Source of the DNA: Alphaproteobacteria bacterium
GTDB taxonomy: Bacteria; Pseudomonadota; Alphaproteobacteria; MPNO01; UBA830
Direction of reading: 5' to 3'
DNA: 64,000 bases
Assembly (NCBI GenBank): GCA_965243135.1
Contig: OZ251539.1
Span: forward strand, 2,689,812 to 2,753,811
The translations under genes and the position numbers were made by a program. Positions 20,457 to 30,697 of the stretch are shown here, one piece after another. Within the stretch, counting starts at the first letter, position 1; every line of letters begins with the position of its first letter. The notes beneath the pieces are model-generated. The model did not search any database, was not told where the DNA came from, and saw only the letters and a list, made by a program, of their open reading frames with translations.

Positions 20457-21707
20457 GTGGACGCTCCCCGGATTCTCACTTTCGGATGCCGGCTGAACAG
20501 CTTCGAATCCGAGGTCATGCGCGAGCAGGCGGCGGCCGCCGGCGTGTCGAACGCGATTATCGTCAACGGCTGCGCGGTCACCGCCGAGGCCGAGCGGCAG
20601 GTGCGGCAGGCGATCCGCCGCGCCAGGCGGCGGCATCCGGAGGCGCGCATCGTCGTCACCGGTTGCGGCGCTCAGATCGCTCCCGAAAAATACGCCGCGA
20701 TGGAGGAGGTCGACCGGGTGGCGGGCAACGCCGAGAAGGTCGATGCCGATTTCTGGGCGGGGTTGGCGGAGGCGCCGCGCGTGTCGGTCGGCGACATCAT
20801 GGCCGCGCGCGAGACGGCGTCCCACATGGTCGCCGGCTTCGAAGGCAGGACGCGCGCTTTCGTCGAGATACAGCAGGGGTGCGATCACCGGTGCACTTTC
20901 TGCGTCATACCGTTCGGGCGCGGCGCGAGCCGCTCGTCGGCGCCGGGCGCGATCGTCGAGCAGGCGCGCCGCCTCGTCGCCGGAGGGTGCAGGGAAATCG
21001 TGCTGACCGGGGTCGACATAACGGATTACGGAAAGGACCTGCCGGGGGCGCCGACGCTGGGCGGGCTGGTTCGCCGGCTGCTGAAGCTGGTTCCCGGCCT
21101 GCCCCGGCTCAGGCTGAGCTCGATCGACCCGGCGGAGGCCGACGAGGACCTGTACGGCGCGATCGCTTCCGAACCCAGGTTGATGCCGCATCTTCACCTG
21201 AGCGCGCAGTCGGGCGACGACACGATCCTGAAGCGCATGAAGCGTCGGCATCTCCGCGCGGACATCGAAAACTTCGTCGCGCGCGCGCGGCGCCTCCGTC
21301 CCGACTCGGCGTTCGGCGCCGATCTCATCGCGGGCTTTCCCACCGAGACCGAGGAAGCCTTTCGCAACACGCTGTCCCTGGTGGAGGATTGCGAACTGAC
21401 ATGGCTGCACGTCTTTCCCTATTCCGAGCGTTCCGGGACGCCGGCGGCTCGAATGCCTCAGGTGCCGGGCGAGGCGAGGAAGGCGCGGGCGGCTCTTCTG
21501 CGGGCGGCCGGGGCGCGGCAGGCGCGGCGGTTTCTCGACGCACGCGTCGGCGGAACGGCCGACGTGCTGGTCGAGCGCGAGGGAGAAGGACGCTCGCCCC
21601 AGTTCGCCGTCGTGCGGCTCGAGGACGGGGCGGCGGCCGGCGTCATCGTTTCGGCGCGCATGCTGCGGCGCGACGGCGAAACCCTGTTGGCCCGGAAGGC
21701 GGCATGA
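20457..21707 (+). CDS. mtaB: tRNA (N6-threonylcarbamoyladenosine37-C2)-methylthiotransferase, MiaB-like
   Basis: GTG at 20457 overlapping the dapF stop. MTTase N-domain, radical-SAM CDHRCTFC and TRAM-like C-terminus; 416 aa. Confidence 0.85.
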   Translation: MDAPRILTFGCRLNSFESEVMREQAAAAGVSNAIIVNGCAVTAEAERQVRQAIRRARRRHPEARIVVTGCGAQIAPEKYAAMEEVDRVAGNAEKVDADFWAGLAEAPRVSVGDIMAARETASHMVAGFEGRTRAFVEIQQGCDHRCTFCVIPFGRGASRSSAPGAIVEQARRLVAGGCREIVLTGVDITDYGKDLPGAPTLGGLVRRLLKLVPGLPRLRLSSIDPAEADEDLYGAIASEPRLMPHLHLSAQSGDDTILKRMKRRHLRADIENFVARARRLRPDSAFGADLIAGFPTETEEAFRNTLSLVEDCELTWLHVFPYSERSGTPAARMPQVPGEARKARAALLRAAGARQARRFLDARVGGTADVLVEREGEGRSPQFAVVRLEDGAAAGVIVSARMLRRDGETLLARKAA

Positions 21708-22639
21708 GCGACCGGCAGAAGGGAAGATGGTTCTCCCGTCTCCGCGACGGGTTGCGGCGCTCGTCGTCCCGGCTGTCCGACGGCATCGGCGCCATTTTCG
21801 CCGGGGGCAGGCTCGACGCCTCGACGCTGGAGGAACTGGAAGAGTTGTTGATCGCATCCGATCTCGGCGTCGCGACCGCGGCCAGGCTTTCGGCGTCGTT
21901 GGCGAAAACGCGCTTCGACGGGGAGGTTTCCGCGGACGAGGTCCGCGAGGCGATGGCGGACGAAATCGCCCGGATCCTCGAGCCGGTCGCCGTGCCGCTG
22001 GCGGCCGACCCCGCTCATCGGCCGCACGTCGTTCTCGTCGCGGGGGTGAACGGTTCGGGCAAGACGACCACCATCGGCAAGCTCGGGAAGCGTTTCGCGG
22101 AAGAGGGCAAGTCGGTCATGTTCGCGGCCGGCGACACGTTCCGGGCAGCCGCGATCGAACAGCTCCGGATCTGGGGCGAGCGGGCGGGCGCCCCGGTCGT
22201 CGCGAGAGATCCCGGGTCCGACGCGGCGAGTCTCGCCTTCGAGGCGGTGGACGCCGCCCGCGAGGCGGGGAGCGACGTATTGATCGTCGATACCGCGGGC
22301 CGGCTGCAGAACCGCGACGACCTTATGCAGCAGTTGCGGAAGATGGTGCGCGTGATCCGGAAGCAGGACGCGACGGCGCCCCACGATTGTCTGCTGGTGC
22401 TCGACGCCACGGTCGGACAGAACGCGCATTCGCAGGTGGAGACCTTCCGCGCTATGTGCGATCTAACGGGTCTCGTGGTGACCAAGCTGGACGGTTCCGC
22501 ACGGGGGGGCGCGCTCGTGGCTTTGGCGGAGAAGTTCGGCCTGCCCGTCCACGCCGTCGGGGTGGGCGAAGGGGAGGACGATCTCCGGCCGTTCGAGGCC
22601 CGGGCGTTCGCGCGCAGCCTGATGGGAATCGCGGACTGA
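21704..22639 (+). CDS. ftsY: Signal recognition particle receptor FtsY
   Basis: ATG overlaps the mtaB stop (ATGA). SRP54-type GTPase motifs GVNGSGKTTT, DTAGR, TKLD. Confidence 0.9.
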   Translation: MSDRQKGRWFSRLRDGLRRSSSRLSDGIGAIFAGGRLDASTLEELEELLIASDLGVATAARLSASLAKTRFDGEVSADEVREAMADEIARILEPVAVPLAADPAHRPHVVLVAGVNGSGKTTTIGKLGKRFAEEGKSVMFAAGDTFRAAAIEQLRIWGERAGAPVVARDPGSDAASLAFEAVDAAREAGSDVLIVDTAGRLQNRDDLMQQLRKMVRVIRKQDATAPHDCLLVLDATVGQNAHSQVETFRAMCDLTGLVVTKLDGSARGGALVALAEKFGLPVHAVGVGEGEDDLRPFEARAFARSLMGIAD

Positions 22640-23085
22640 CGGCGTTCGGGGAGCGGCAAGAATTCGCGCCCTCGCAGTCGAACGGTCGACAAGTATTTGA
22701 TGGGAGACGACCAAGGACGTATGAATGCGAAGCGCTCCGGGCATACGGTTCATGGACATGAGGGCCAAGCCGTGGTGTCTGGCGCGCAAGGGAGGCGGGC
22801 ACCACGGTGCGGTCGGTCGGCGACAATGAGGCGGACAATGAGCGGTTCGTCATGCGGACAATGATCGCTTGCCTTAAGGCTAGCGTTACCTATAGGAAGT
22901 TCGACCGGGATGCGAACAATAGAAGGTGCCGCTACGCGCCCGGCGAGAAGCTCGCTTTGACATACGAGCCGTATTCAGTACGCTTGCGCTGCGTGTTGGC
23001 AGCGCTTCGCCTTCCGTCGACCGAAGCGCGGGCGACCCGGTCAATCGTCACGCACGGCTTCGGCATTGTGCGAAGAGGGCTCTAA

Positions 23086-23779
23086 CATGCGGATCGAGCC
23101 GGAGATCGATGGGATTAATATCGTTTTGGTCGGCGATTTCAATCCGACTGTGTTCACGCCGGCGTGGTTCGCGCTGCATGAATTCCTGCCGAAGCCCGCC
23201 GCGGACGGCGCAAAGGTGGATACCATCCATCCGCAGTTAACGGTTTTTTCCTTCGATTGGCTCCGCTTGCAGGTCGGAACGGATCGCTTTGTCGCTGAAA
23301 CCGTGCAGGCACCCTATATTCGTGTATGCGACTTCGTCGGGCGCGTATTTACGGAACGCCCGGGTCAATCGTCGCTCAGGGCACTCGGAATCAACCGCGG
23401 CGTTCATTTTCGGGTGCGGGATCGCGCCGATATGGATCGCATCGGCAGAACTCTGGCGCCGGTGAAACCTTGGGGCTCTTGGGGACGAGGTCTCGAACCC
23501 GGCGGCGGGCATGGCGGCATGGCATCGCTTACAATGTCGCAAGTCAAAATCGAAGGAAGGCCATCCGACGACCGGATCAACGTTAGAGTGGAACCGTCTG
23601 ATCTAATTACTGGTCAAGGACGCGCCGGGATTCGCGTGCATGTCAACGATCATTATACAACGAGCGATACGGGTCCTGGAGCCAGTGAACGTTTGTTGAC
23701 AATTATCAAGAGCGGTTTCGATGGCTCCTTGGCGCAAAGCGGCGAAATCGTCGATCATGTCATGTCCTTGGCAGAATGA
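23086..23779 (+). CDS. Hypothetical protein (231 aa)
   Basis: Coherent ORF in the lower-GC segment; ATG at 23086. No recognisable domain. Confidence 0.4.
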
Positions 23780-23794
23780 CAGGAAATCCGGTCG

Positions 23795-24394
23795 ATGCAT
23801 CAGGCAGATCTCTCCACCGCAATGTCGCAAGCCAATAGGTCCGAGACGCGCGATAGTTTCGACTCGGAAATCGCGCATGAGGATATCGTTCGGCGTGCGG
23901 TGGCAAGGTTCGATCTCGAGTTCAGGCGCGGGATCGACGCTACCCAGGGAACCAGCACGCACCAGGCCAACGCGAGTTCCCGATCGCCTGTTACCGACCG
24001 TAGGCAGGTCGACCTTTCCCGAATCGTGGATTTGCCGAGATTGCCGGTTCGGCGAATGCCCGCGACGCGGTTTCATGCCCTGCAGGAGTGGGAGGGCTAT
24101 GTCGTCGAGATCGGCGGCAAGGAATTCACGGCGCGGCTGACCGACATCACGGCCGGAGCGTCGTATGAGCAGGAAGAAGCGATTATCCCCCTTTCGGAGG
24201 TCTCGGACGGCGATGCCGAGAAGATGCGCGAGGGGAGCGTCTTCCGCTGGGTGATCGGTTACGAACGCTCTGCCTCCGGAACCAAGAAGCGCGTTTCCCA
24301 GATCGTGTTTCGCGACCTTCCGGCGATCACCGAGGCCGACCTGCGAGCCGGCAAAGCGTGGGCACGGGAGACGATGCGGTCGTTCGGGTTGTGA
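23795..24394 (+). CDS. Hypothetical protein (199 aa)
   Basis: ORF with a protein-like C-terminal half (LQEWEGYVVEIGGKEFTARLTDITAG...). Overlaps the start of the next gene. Confidence 0.35.
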   Translation: MHQADLSTAMSQANRSETRDSFDSEIAHEDIVRRAVARFDLEFRRGIDATQGTSTHQANASSRSPVTDRRQVDLSRIVDLPRLPVRRMPATRFHALQEWEGYVVEIGGKEFTARLTDITAGASYEQEEAIIPLSEVSDGDAEKMREGSVFRWVIGYERSASGTKKRVSQIVFRDLPAITEADLRAGKAWARETMRSFGL

Positions 24395-25801
24395 CGGCGG
24401 CGGAAACGCTTCCGGGACATGACGAGATCGAACTTGCGCTTTTCGGCCCGGGGTACGGCGAGAGCGTCGTCATGCATATCGGCGACGGTGAATGGGTGGT
24501 CGTCGACTCCCGCATCGACAAGGACGGCAGACCGAACGCTCTGACCTATCTGGAGAACCTCGGCCTCGATCCGGCCGAAGTTGTCGTTCTGATCGTGGCG
24601 ACTCACTGGCACGACGACCATATCCGCGGGATGGAGCGCGTGGTCGAGGCACAGGGCCCGCTTTTGTTGCTCGGCTGCGCTAGGTCTCCAGGAATTTCTT
24701 TCCATTGTCGGCGCTCTCGAAGACCGCAGCTTTTCCGGTTTCGGTTCCGGGGTTCGGGAACTTCACGGCGTCTTCACCCGACTTCGCGGAGCGGCGTCGA
24801 GGCCGACGTTCGCCCTCGCCAACCAACGCGTTCCCATGCGCAACGAGTGCGAGATCTGGTCCCTCTCGCCCGACAGCGGAGTCTTCCAGAATTTCCTGAA
24901 ATCTATCGACGGTCTCGTGCCCGGCACCGGTCAAACCAAGGCTCGACTTCCCGGCCCGACGCCCAACGAGGCGGCGGTCGCGCTCTGGGTCGAGGTCCAA
25001 GACATCGCGGTATTGCTTGGGGCGGACTTGGAGAAGTCGGGCTGGACAGTCATTTTGCGAAGCAAGGAGCGTCCTGTCGGCAAGGCGTCGGCGTTCAAGG
25101 TCCCGCATCACGGATCCGCGAACGCCGACGAACGGGAGGTATGGACGCGAATGTTGGAGTCGGCTCCCTTCGCCGTGCTTGCGCCTTGGCGCAGAGGCGG
25201 CCATGCCCTTCCGGGCGAGAACGACGCGCAGCGCATTCTTTCGCGCACAGGGAATGCCTACGCGACCGCGAAAGACAGCCGACGTGCGCCCAGGCGCCGG
25301 GAAAGAATGGTCGAGCGGAGCATCCGGGAGTCCGGCCTCCAACTTCGAGAGCTGGCGATGTCCCCCGGCTGGCTTAGGTTACGGCGGCCGCTCCACCCAA
25401 AGGCGCAATGGTACAGTCGAGAAGTTTGGGACCGCGTGCCATCTCAAGGACTTCGCTGCGCCGTAGCCGACCGCGACGGCGGGCGTCCGACAAAGCCCGC
25501 GCAAGTCGGCCCGATCAAGCGCGGCCGCCGATCGTCGAACCCGAGTCCGAAAGCGCGAGGAGACTTCATTTCCGGCGACCATCGCACTTCCGAAGGAGCG
25601 CGGCGGCCGTTGACGCCCTCGCGGGCGGGTGCTGTCCTCGCAGCTGTCTACGGACGCGGAGGTTTCCGTTCGCGCTCTGGCTTCATGGGGAGCCCGCGGG
25701 TAATCAACGGAGAAGCGAAGTCGCGAAACAAGACCGGCAAAATCATCGGCCGCGCCCACGATTGCGGCGATTGCAAACGGTTTGCGCTTTCGCCGATATA
25801 G
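24358..25801 (+). pseudogene. MBL-fold metallo-hydrolase (ComEC-like beta-lactamase fold), disrupted by at least one frameshift
   Basis: Frame 1 encodes HxHxDH (IVATHWHDDHIRG) then degenerates near 24660-24700. Frame 2 continues with protein-like sequence including the KVPHHGS motif (24836 onward) and a non-protein-like Arg-rich tail. Confidence 0.4.
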
Positions 25802-25844
25802 GGCGGCTCGACGCCGCTGTCATCACGAACAACGGAAACGCGAA

Positions 25845-26888
25845 ATGACCGAATCCAGACGATCTTTTCTCGGCAGCGGCGTTGCCGCGGCGCTGGGAGC
25901 CTCCGCGTTGGCCGCGTCGGCGGCGCATGGCCGCCCGACGATTCGCTGGCGCCTTCAGACCTATGCGAATCCGGCCCTTGCGGAACATGTCGTCAAGCCC
26001 GCGGTGGACGCTTTCAACCGGGCCGCCAACGGCGAAATGGAGATCGAGCTCTTTTTCGCCGACCAGCTCGCGCCCGCAAGCGAGCTTTTCGAGGCGTTGC
26101 GGAACGGCACGGTCGACATCGCGCAATCCGACGACGATTCGATCGCCGCTCCGACCGACGTATCCGTGTTCGGAGGCTATTTTCCGCTTGCCCTGCGATA
26201 CAGCCTCGACGTGCCCGTCCTGTTCAGCCGCTACGGGCTCGGCGAAATCTGGGATGCCGCCTACGCTGAAGTCGGCGGCGTCAAATGGCTGTCGGCGGGC
26301 GCGTGGGACCCGTGCCATTTCGCGACAAGGAAACCGATCCGGCGGCTGGCCGATCTGGAGGGCAAACGCATTTTCACCTTTCCGACCGCCGGACGCTTTC
26401 TCCGGAGATTCGGGGTAGTCCCCGTCACGCTGCCATGGGACGAAGTGGGATCGGCGATGCGGAACGGGGCGCTCGACGGCATCGCGTGGTCGGGAATCAC
26501 GGAGAACTACACGGTCGGCTGGGCGGACGTGACCGAATACTTCCTCACGAACAACATCTCGGGGGCCTGGATCGGCCATTTTTTCGCGAACGAGGATCGC
26601 TGGAACGCCCTTCCTGAGCACCTCAAAACGTTGTGGCGTCTGGCGATGGATTCGTCCCATTATTACCGTCAGCACTGGTACTGGGGCGGCGAGGCCGATC
26701 TCAGGACTCGGGGATCCAGAATGCAACTCACCTCCATTCCGGCCGAGGAATGGGCCACGGTCGAAGCCGAGGCCGACCGGTTCTGGGACGAGATTGCGGC
26801 AGTCAGTCCGCGTGCGAGGCAAGTGGTCGAGATTTTCCGGCAATACAACGCCATCATGGCGAAAGCGGGCCAACCTTACCGCTGTTAG
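25845..26888 (+). CDS. Solitary TRAP-type substrate-binding protein (DctP family) with a Tat signal
   Basis: MTESRRSFLGSGVAAALGASALAASAAHG twin-arginine signal; DctP-like domain. No dctQM adjacent. Confidence 0.8.
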   Translation: MTESRRSFLGSGVAAALGASALAASAAHGRPTIRWRLQTYANPALAEHVVKPAVDAFNRAANGEMEIELFFADQLAPASELFEALRNGTVDIAQSDDDSIAAPTDVSVFGGYFPLALRYSLDVPVLFSRYGLGEIWDAAYAEVGGVKWLSAGAWDPCHFATRKPIRRLADLEGKRIFTFPTAGRFLRRFGVVPVTLPWDEVGSAMRNGALDGIAWSGITENYTVGWADVTEYFLTNNISGAWIGHFFANEDRWNALPEHLKTLWRLAMDSSHYYRQHWYWGGEADLRTRGSRMQLTSIPAEEWATVEAEADRFWDEIAAVSPRARQVVEIFRQYNAIMAKAGQPYRC

Positions 26889-27334
26889 TTCGGCGGCTTT
26901 TTCCGCTCTTGTGCCGGCTCGCCGCGCTTCTGCCCGGCGCGCCGAGGAAAGGAGAAAACTGATCGTATGCGCCAACTCTTTGTCCGTCGCGCAGCCGACT
27001 TCGAGTCGGGGCTGCCCGCCTGCGAGGTTGGCGAGATCCTGCCGGCCCCTGCCGCCCGGCTGCGTTCTCCTTGCGGCGAATTGACTCGCCAGCCCCCCAA
27101 CGGCGGAAACTGCCGGTCGTCTGCGTTGCGCTTCCGACCTCGTAGGGGGTATATGATCGCCAAGATTTTCGTAGACCTTTCCGGGAGCTTCGGTACTGTC
27201 TGGCTCGGGAAAATTTTCTCGCTTCGCGGCAGTTCGTCCATTGGCGATGACGCCTCCTCTGCGGCTACCCGCGAATGCTGTCCGTCTTGGCGGGAATTGA
27301 CGTAATCTTGGCGCATGCGCTTGAGGAAGAGGCC

Positions 27335-30300
27335 ATGGAACCGCCTCCACGGGCAGTTTACGACGACCCTGCACGCCACTGGGACTTCTTGACCCGGCCC
27401 TCGGACGACGACTTCGAAGGTCAGCACTTCGACCGCAAGGAGGCTGGCCAAAGGACGAGCGAAGCTCGGAGACTCGAAAAGCAACTGAAACGACTCCGGG
27501 ATGGTATCGCCGAAACGGTTTCCGCCTTCGCCAACAGCAATGTCGAGGGCGGCCTCCTCGTGATCGGAATCGCTTCCAACGGCGCCGTCGAAGGCGTCAA
27601 CCATCTGACGGAGCGGCAGAAGAACAGCCTCACCGACATTGGGAGCCTGCTCCACTTTCAGGCGGCCGAAGCGAAGCTTCACGTATGCACGGACTCAGCT
27701 GGCCAAAGCAACGCCATCTGTCTGATCTATACCCCCTATGCGGACAGCGGCATCTGCGAAACGCCGGGATCTGCACCGAAAGCGTGGGAGCGACGCGGCC
27801 CCCAGAACGTGCCCGTTACGCTGGAGATGCGAGAGCGGCTCAGAGACAGGAAAAATCTTTCGAATTTCGAAAATGCGTTCTGTTGCCCCTATGACCCAAC
27901 CGATCTCTCGAATGACGTTCTTGCGGAGTTCCGCAAGGTGTTTCTCCCGGAAGCGGTTAAGGACTTCTCGGACGAACGGCTGCTTTATGAGGCGGGGGCG
28001 CTGATCCGCAGGGATGGAGAATACTGGTTTACGAATGCCGGGCTTCTGTTCTTCGGATCGAATCCGCAACGGGTGCTTCCTGCATCGCACGTCCGCTTGT
28101 TGCGATTCGGAGCGATCTCTGGGGATTTCGCTAAGCGCGGGCTGCCTACATTCGACCAGAAGTTTACGGGCCCGGTAACGAAGCAGATCCGCGAAGCGAG
28201 GACGTTCTTCAGAGAATCCGCGTTCTTCAAGCGATATCAAAAGCGTCGGGAGGCAGGCGGCTTCGCCGAGGAACCCGAGTTTCCGCCCACCGTCATCGAC
28301 GAGGCCATAGTGAACGCCGTGGCGCATCGGGACTATCGGACCGCCATACCGATCGAATGCGAAGCCTACGCGGATGCCTTCGTCGTCAAGAACCCAGGCC
28401 GGATGACGCAACGTGACGCCGATCTTCCATCCCGTTTCTCGTTGGCGGATGTCGTGCTCGACTCGATGCCTAGGAATCCCAAGATTTTGGAGTGGTTGAA
28501 GCTGATGCGGGATCCCCGCGGCGCAGCGTACGTACAAGCCATCAGCGAAGGCACGAAGCAGATGGTCACGGCCATGGAAGATCTCGGATTGCCCGCTCCT
28601 TCATTCCGCCTGGCCTCGAACGAGACATTGATCAAGATCGAAAGCAAAGCTGAAGAACGCGAAGCCGCTATCCTGGCCGCGAACGAAGACAAGCCAACGG
28701 AATTCTGCAATCTGTTTCTCCTGAGGTTTCGACAGCAAGGAAATCCGGTCGGGTACGATGCCTTCGGCTCGCGGTATGGAGAGATCGTCAAGACGCTGCG
28801 CGACGCTCTCAAGGGAAACGGATGGCATATCGACAGGGATGGATTCAGCAGGATATTGGCGCATAGAAAAGGCATGGAGCTTGAAGCGCCGGAAGACGTG
28901 AGATCCATTTTGCGTTTCTATCCAGCGTACGAATTCCAGATTCGAGAGTATCATCGGCGCTATTATTTGTGCATCGACTATAAATGCTTGGCTCTCAACG
29001 TAAGGAAGCTCTCCGTTGCGAGACAACGACTCGCCCGAACCGATCTGGAAGGCCGACGTTGCATCGCGGAGAAGCACGGATGGAGGGAAGGCCGTCTGTC
29101 TGAATTCGGCGACGAATTCGCGCAAGTCCGGTTCTTTGATACCGAAACGGAAGAGTCCGTTTCCGTCGATAAAGTTATTCCCAATGTCTCCAATGCGATG
29201 TTGGAAACCATGCTGAAGAAGGAAGGATCCTCGTTCGATTTCTCTGCTGCGCTCCGAAAGCACAGTTTGGTCACGAGGTCGAACGCCGCGAAGGAACGGG
29301 CGGAGAGAACGCTGACTATGGCGAATCATATTGCGGATACGGTGTTTCCATTGCGACATTGCGACCTCGACATAGACGTCGTTTCCGATCCGGTTCGACT
29401 TTCTGAACGAAAAGGATCTTCGAAAGGCGAAATGTTCGTTCGACGCTTGCCGGAGCCGGAGGCGGAGTTTCGGCAACGCGAGCTGTCGCGAGATATCCGG
29501 ACCGGAATCACGAAGTACGGTGCATATGACGATCAACCGCAGCGGATCGAGCTGATTCCCGTTTGCACGAATTCGATGCGAAAGGGAATGGAAAAATTGA
29601 TCGGTCGCTTGGTAGGGGGACGGCATAGATACCGTGGATCCGAACGCACTTTTGCGGCGGAGTTCTCGTATTCGACGATCGTCTCCGTGGATCGCGTCGA
29701 AAATATCCGGGGAGAAATCGAACGTCTGCTGGACCGGCGGCCAAAAGGCCACGCCGACGCACGGTCCCTCTTTCTCGTTTACGCTCCGGAAGAGGGCTAT
29801 TCACGCGATGACCATACGGCGCCATATTTCGCCAACAAGAGACTGTTGCTGGAAAGAGGCGCGCCCTGTCAGATGGTTGATACGCCGACACTTGAGAACG
29901 CCGATTGGAAGGACCTGAATCTGGCCTTGAACATCTGCGCCAAATGCGGCGTTCGACCCTGGGTCTTGCCCGATAGAATCCCGGAAGCGGATTTTTTCGT
30001 GGGACTGTCCTATACGCAATCCGAAGACGGTCGGCGAATCATGGGTTTTTCCAACGTATTCAACAGCTACGGCAGGTGGGAGTTCTATCGCGGAAATGCC
30101 TCGTATTTTGATTTCGAGGATCGAAGCGTTCGGCTTGCCGGTTTGATTGAATCAACGTTAGAAAGACTCGAATCCCGACTGTCTTCGACTCCTCGTGTGG
30201 TGTTCCAATACTCCGCAAGGCTTTCGCGGCTTGACCGGATGGCGATTCTCAGGGCAGCCCGCAAGATTCGTCCGGAAGGAATTTATTCTTTCGTCTGGAT

Positions 30301-30697
30301 TAACTCCCATCACAATATACGATTCTATGACAGTCGTCCAGACACGGACGGAAGTCTTCGCCGGGGCAGCTACGTTGAGGCGGGCGCGAATAAGATATAC
30401 CTGTCGACAACCGGTTACAATCCGTATCGCCGGGCCATGGGAACGCCGAAACCGCTAGAAGTCTCTGCTTTTGTCGACCGACCGGACAGCGACGGCCACC
30501 AACCTGATCTTCGGATATTGGCCTTGCAGGTTTTGAGTCTCACTAAGCTGAATTGGGCTTCCACGGATGCGTTTTGCGGGGAGCCGATCACGCTCAAGTA
30601 CGCCAGAGACATAGCCTATTTGACGGCCGCTTTCCTGCGCCAATCGGAGCCGTTCAACCTTCATCCTTCTCTGGAGACGACGCCATGGTTCATTTAG
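27335..30697 (+). CDS. Fusion protein: Schlafen-like AlbA_2 + HATPase_c_4 (COG2865) N-terminal module, linker/APAZ-like region, then Argonaute MID and catalytically inactive PIWI domains (pAgo)
   Basis: Single 1120-aa ORF; alternative ATG at 27275, preferred ATG at 27335 with GAGGAAGAGG RBS. N-terminal EGQHFDRKE...VSAFANSNVEGGLLVIGI (AlbA_2) and IDEAIVNAVAHRDYRT...VVKNPGRM (HATPase_c_4). MID: PYFANKR...APCQMV...NLALNICAKCGVRPWVL (Y-K-Q-K pocket plus KxGG-PW motif). PIWI: ADFFVGLSYTQ where the first catalytic Asp is replaced; C-terminal ...LKYARDIAYLTAAF...TPWFI tail. Confidence 0.7.
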   Translation: MEPPPRAVYDDPARHWDFLTRPSDDDFEGQHFDRKEAGQRTSEARRLEKQLKRLRDGIAETVSAFANSNVEGGLLVIGIASNGAVEGVNHLTERQKNSLTDIGSLLHFQAAEAKLHVCTDSAGQSNAICLIYTPYADSGICETPGSAPKAWERRGPQNVPVTLEMRERLRDRKNLSNFENAFCCPYDPTDLSNDVLAEFRKVFLPEAVKDFSDERLLYEAGALIRRDGEYWFTNAGLLFFGSNPQRVLPASHVRLLRFGAISGDFAKRGLPTFDQKFTGPVTKQIREARTFFRESAFFKRYQKRREAGGFAEEPEFPPTVIDEAIVNAVAHRDYRTAIPIECEAYADAFVVKNPGRMTQRDADLPSRFSLADVVLDSMPRNPKILEWLKLMRDPRGAAYVQAISEGTKQMVTAMEDLGLPAPSFRLASNETLIKIESKAEEREAAILAANEDKPTEFCNLFLLRFRQQGNPVGYDAFGSRYGEIVKTLRDALKGNGWHIDRDGFSRILAHRKGMELEAPEDVRSILRFYPAYEFQIREYHRRYYLCIDYKCLALNVRKLSVARQRLARTDLEGRRCIAEKHGWREGRLSEFGDEFAQVRFFDTETEESVSVDKVIPNVSNAMLETMLKKEGSSFDFSAALRKHSLVTRSNAAKERAERTLTMANHIADTVFPLRHCDLDIDVVSDPVRLSERKGSSKGEMFVRRLPEPEAEFRQRELSRDIRTGITKYGAYDDQPQRIELIPVCTNSMRKGMEKLIGRLVGGRHRYRGSERTFAAEFSYSTIVSVDRVENIRGEIERLLDRRPKGHADARSLFLVYAPEEGYSRDDHTAPYFANKRLLLERGAPCQMVDTPTLENADWKDLNLALNICAKCGVRPWVLPDRIPEADFFVGLSYTQSEDGRRIMGFSNVFNSYGRWEFYRGNASYFDFEDRSVRLAGLIESTLERLESRLSSTPRVVFQYSARLSRLDRMAILRAARKIRPEGIYSFVWINSHHNIRFYDSRPDTDGSLRRGSYVEAGANKIYLSTTGYNPYRRAMGTPKPLEVSAFVDRPDSDGHQPDLRILALQVLSLTKLNWASTDAFCGEPITLKYARDIAYLTAAFLRQSEPFNLHPSLETTPWFI

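Noticed and set aside
19764-21857. 697-aa minus ORF and 214-aa minus ORF antisense to dapF and mtaB
   Set aside because: Antisense artefacts.
22807-23085. 92-aa plus ORF at the start of the lower-GC segment
   Set aside because: No RBS and non-protein-like composition; probably non-coding.
29990-30697. Possibility that the pAgo PIWI domain is a catalytically active slicer
   Set aside because: The first catalytic Asp position reads GLSYT rather than GxDVxH, so it is predicted inactive; final confirmation needs structure-based alignment.
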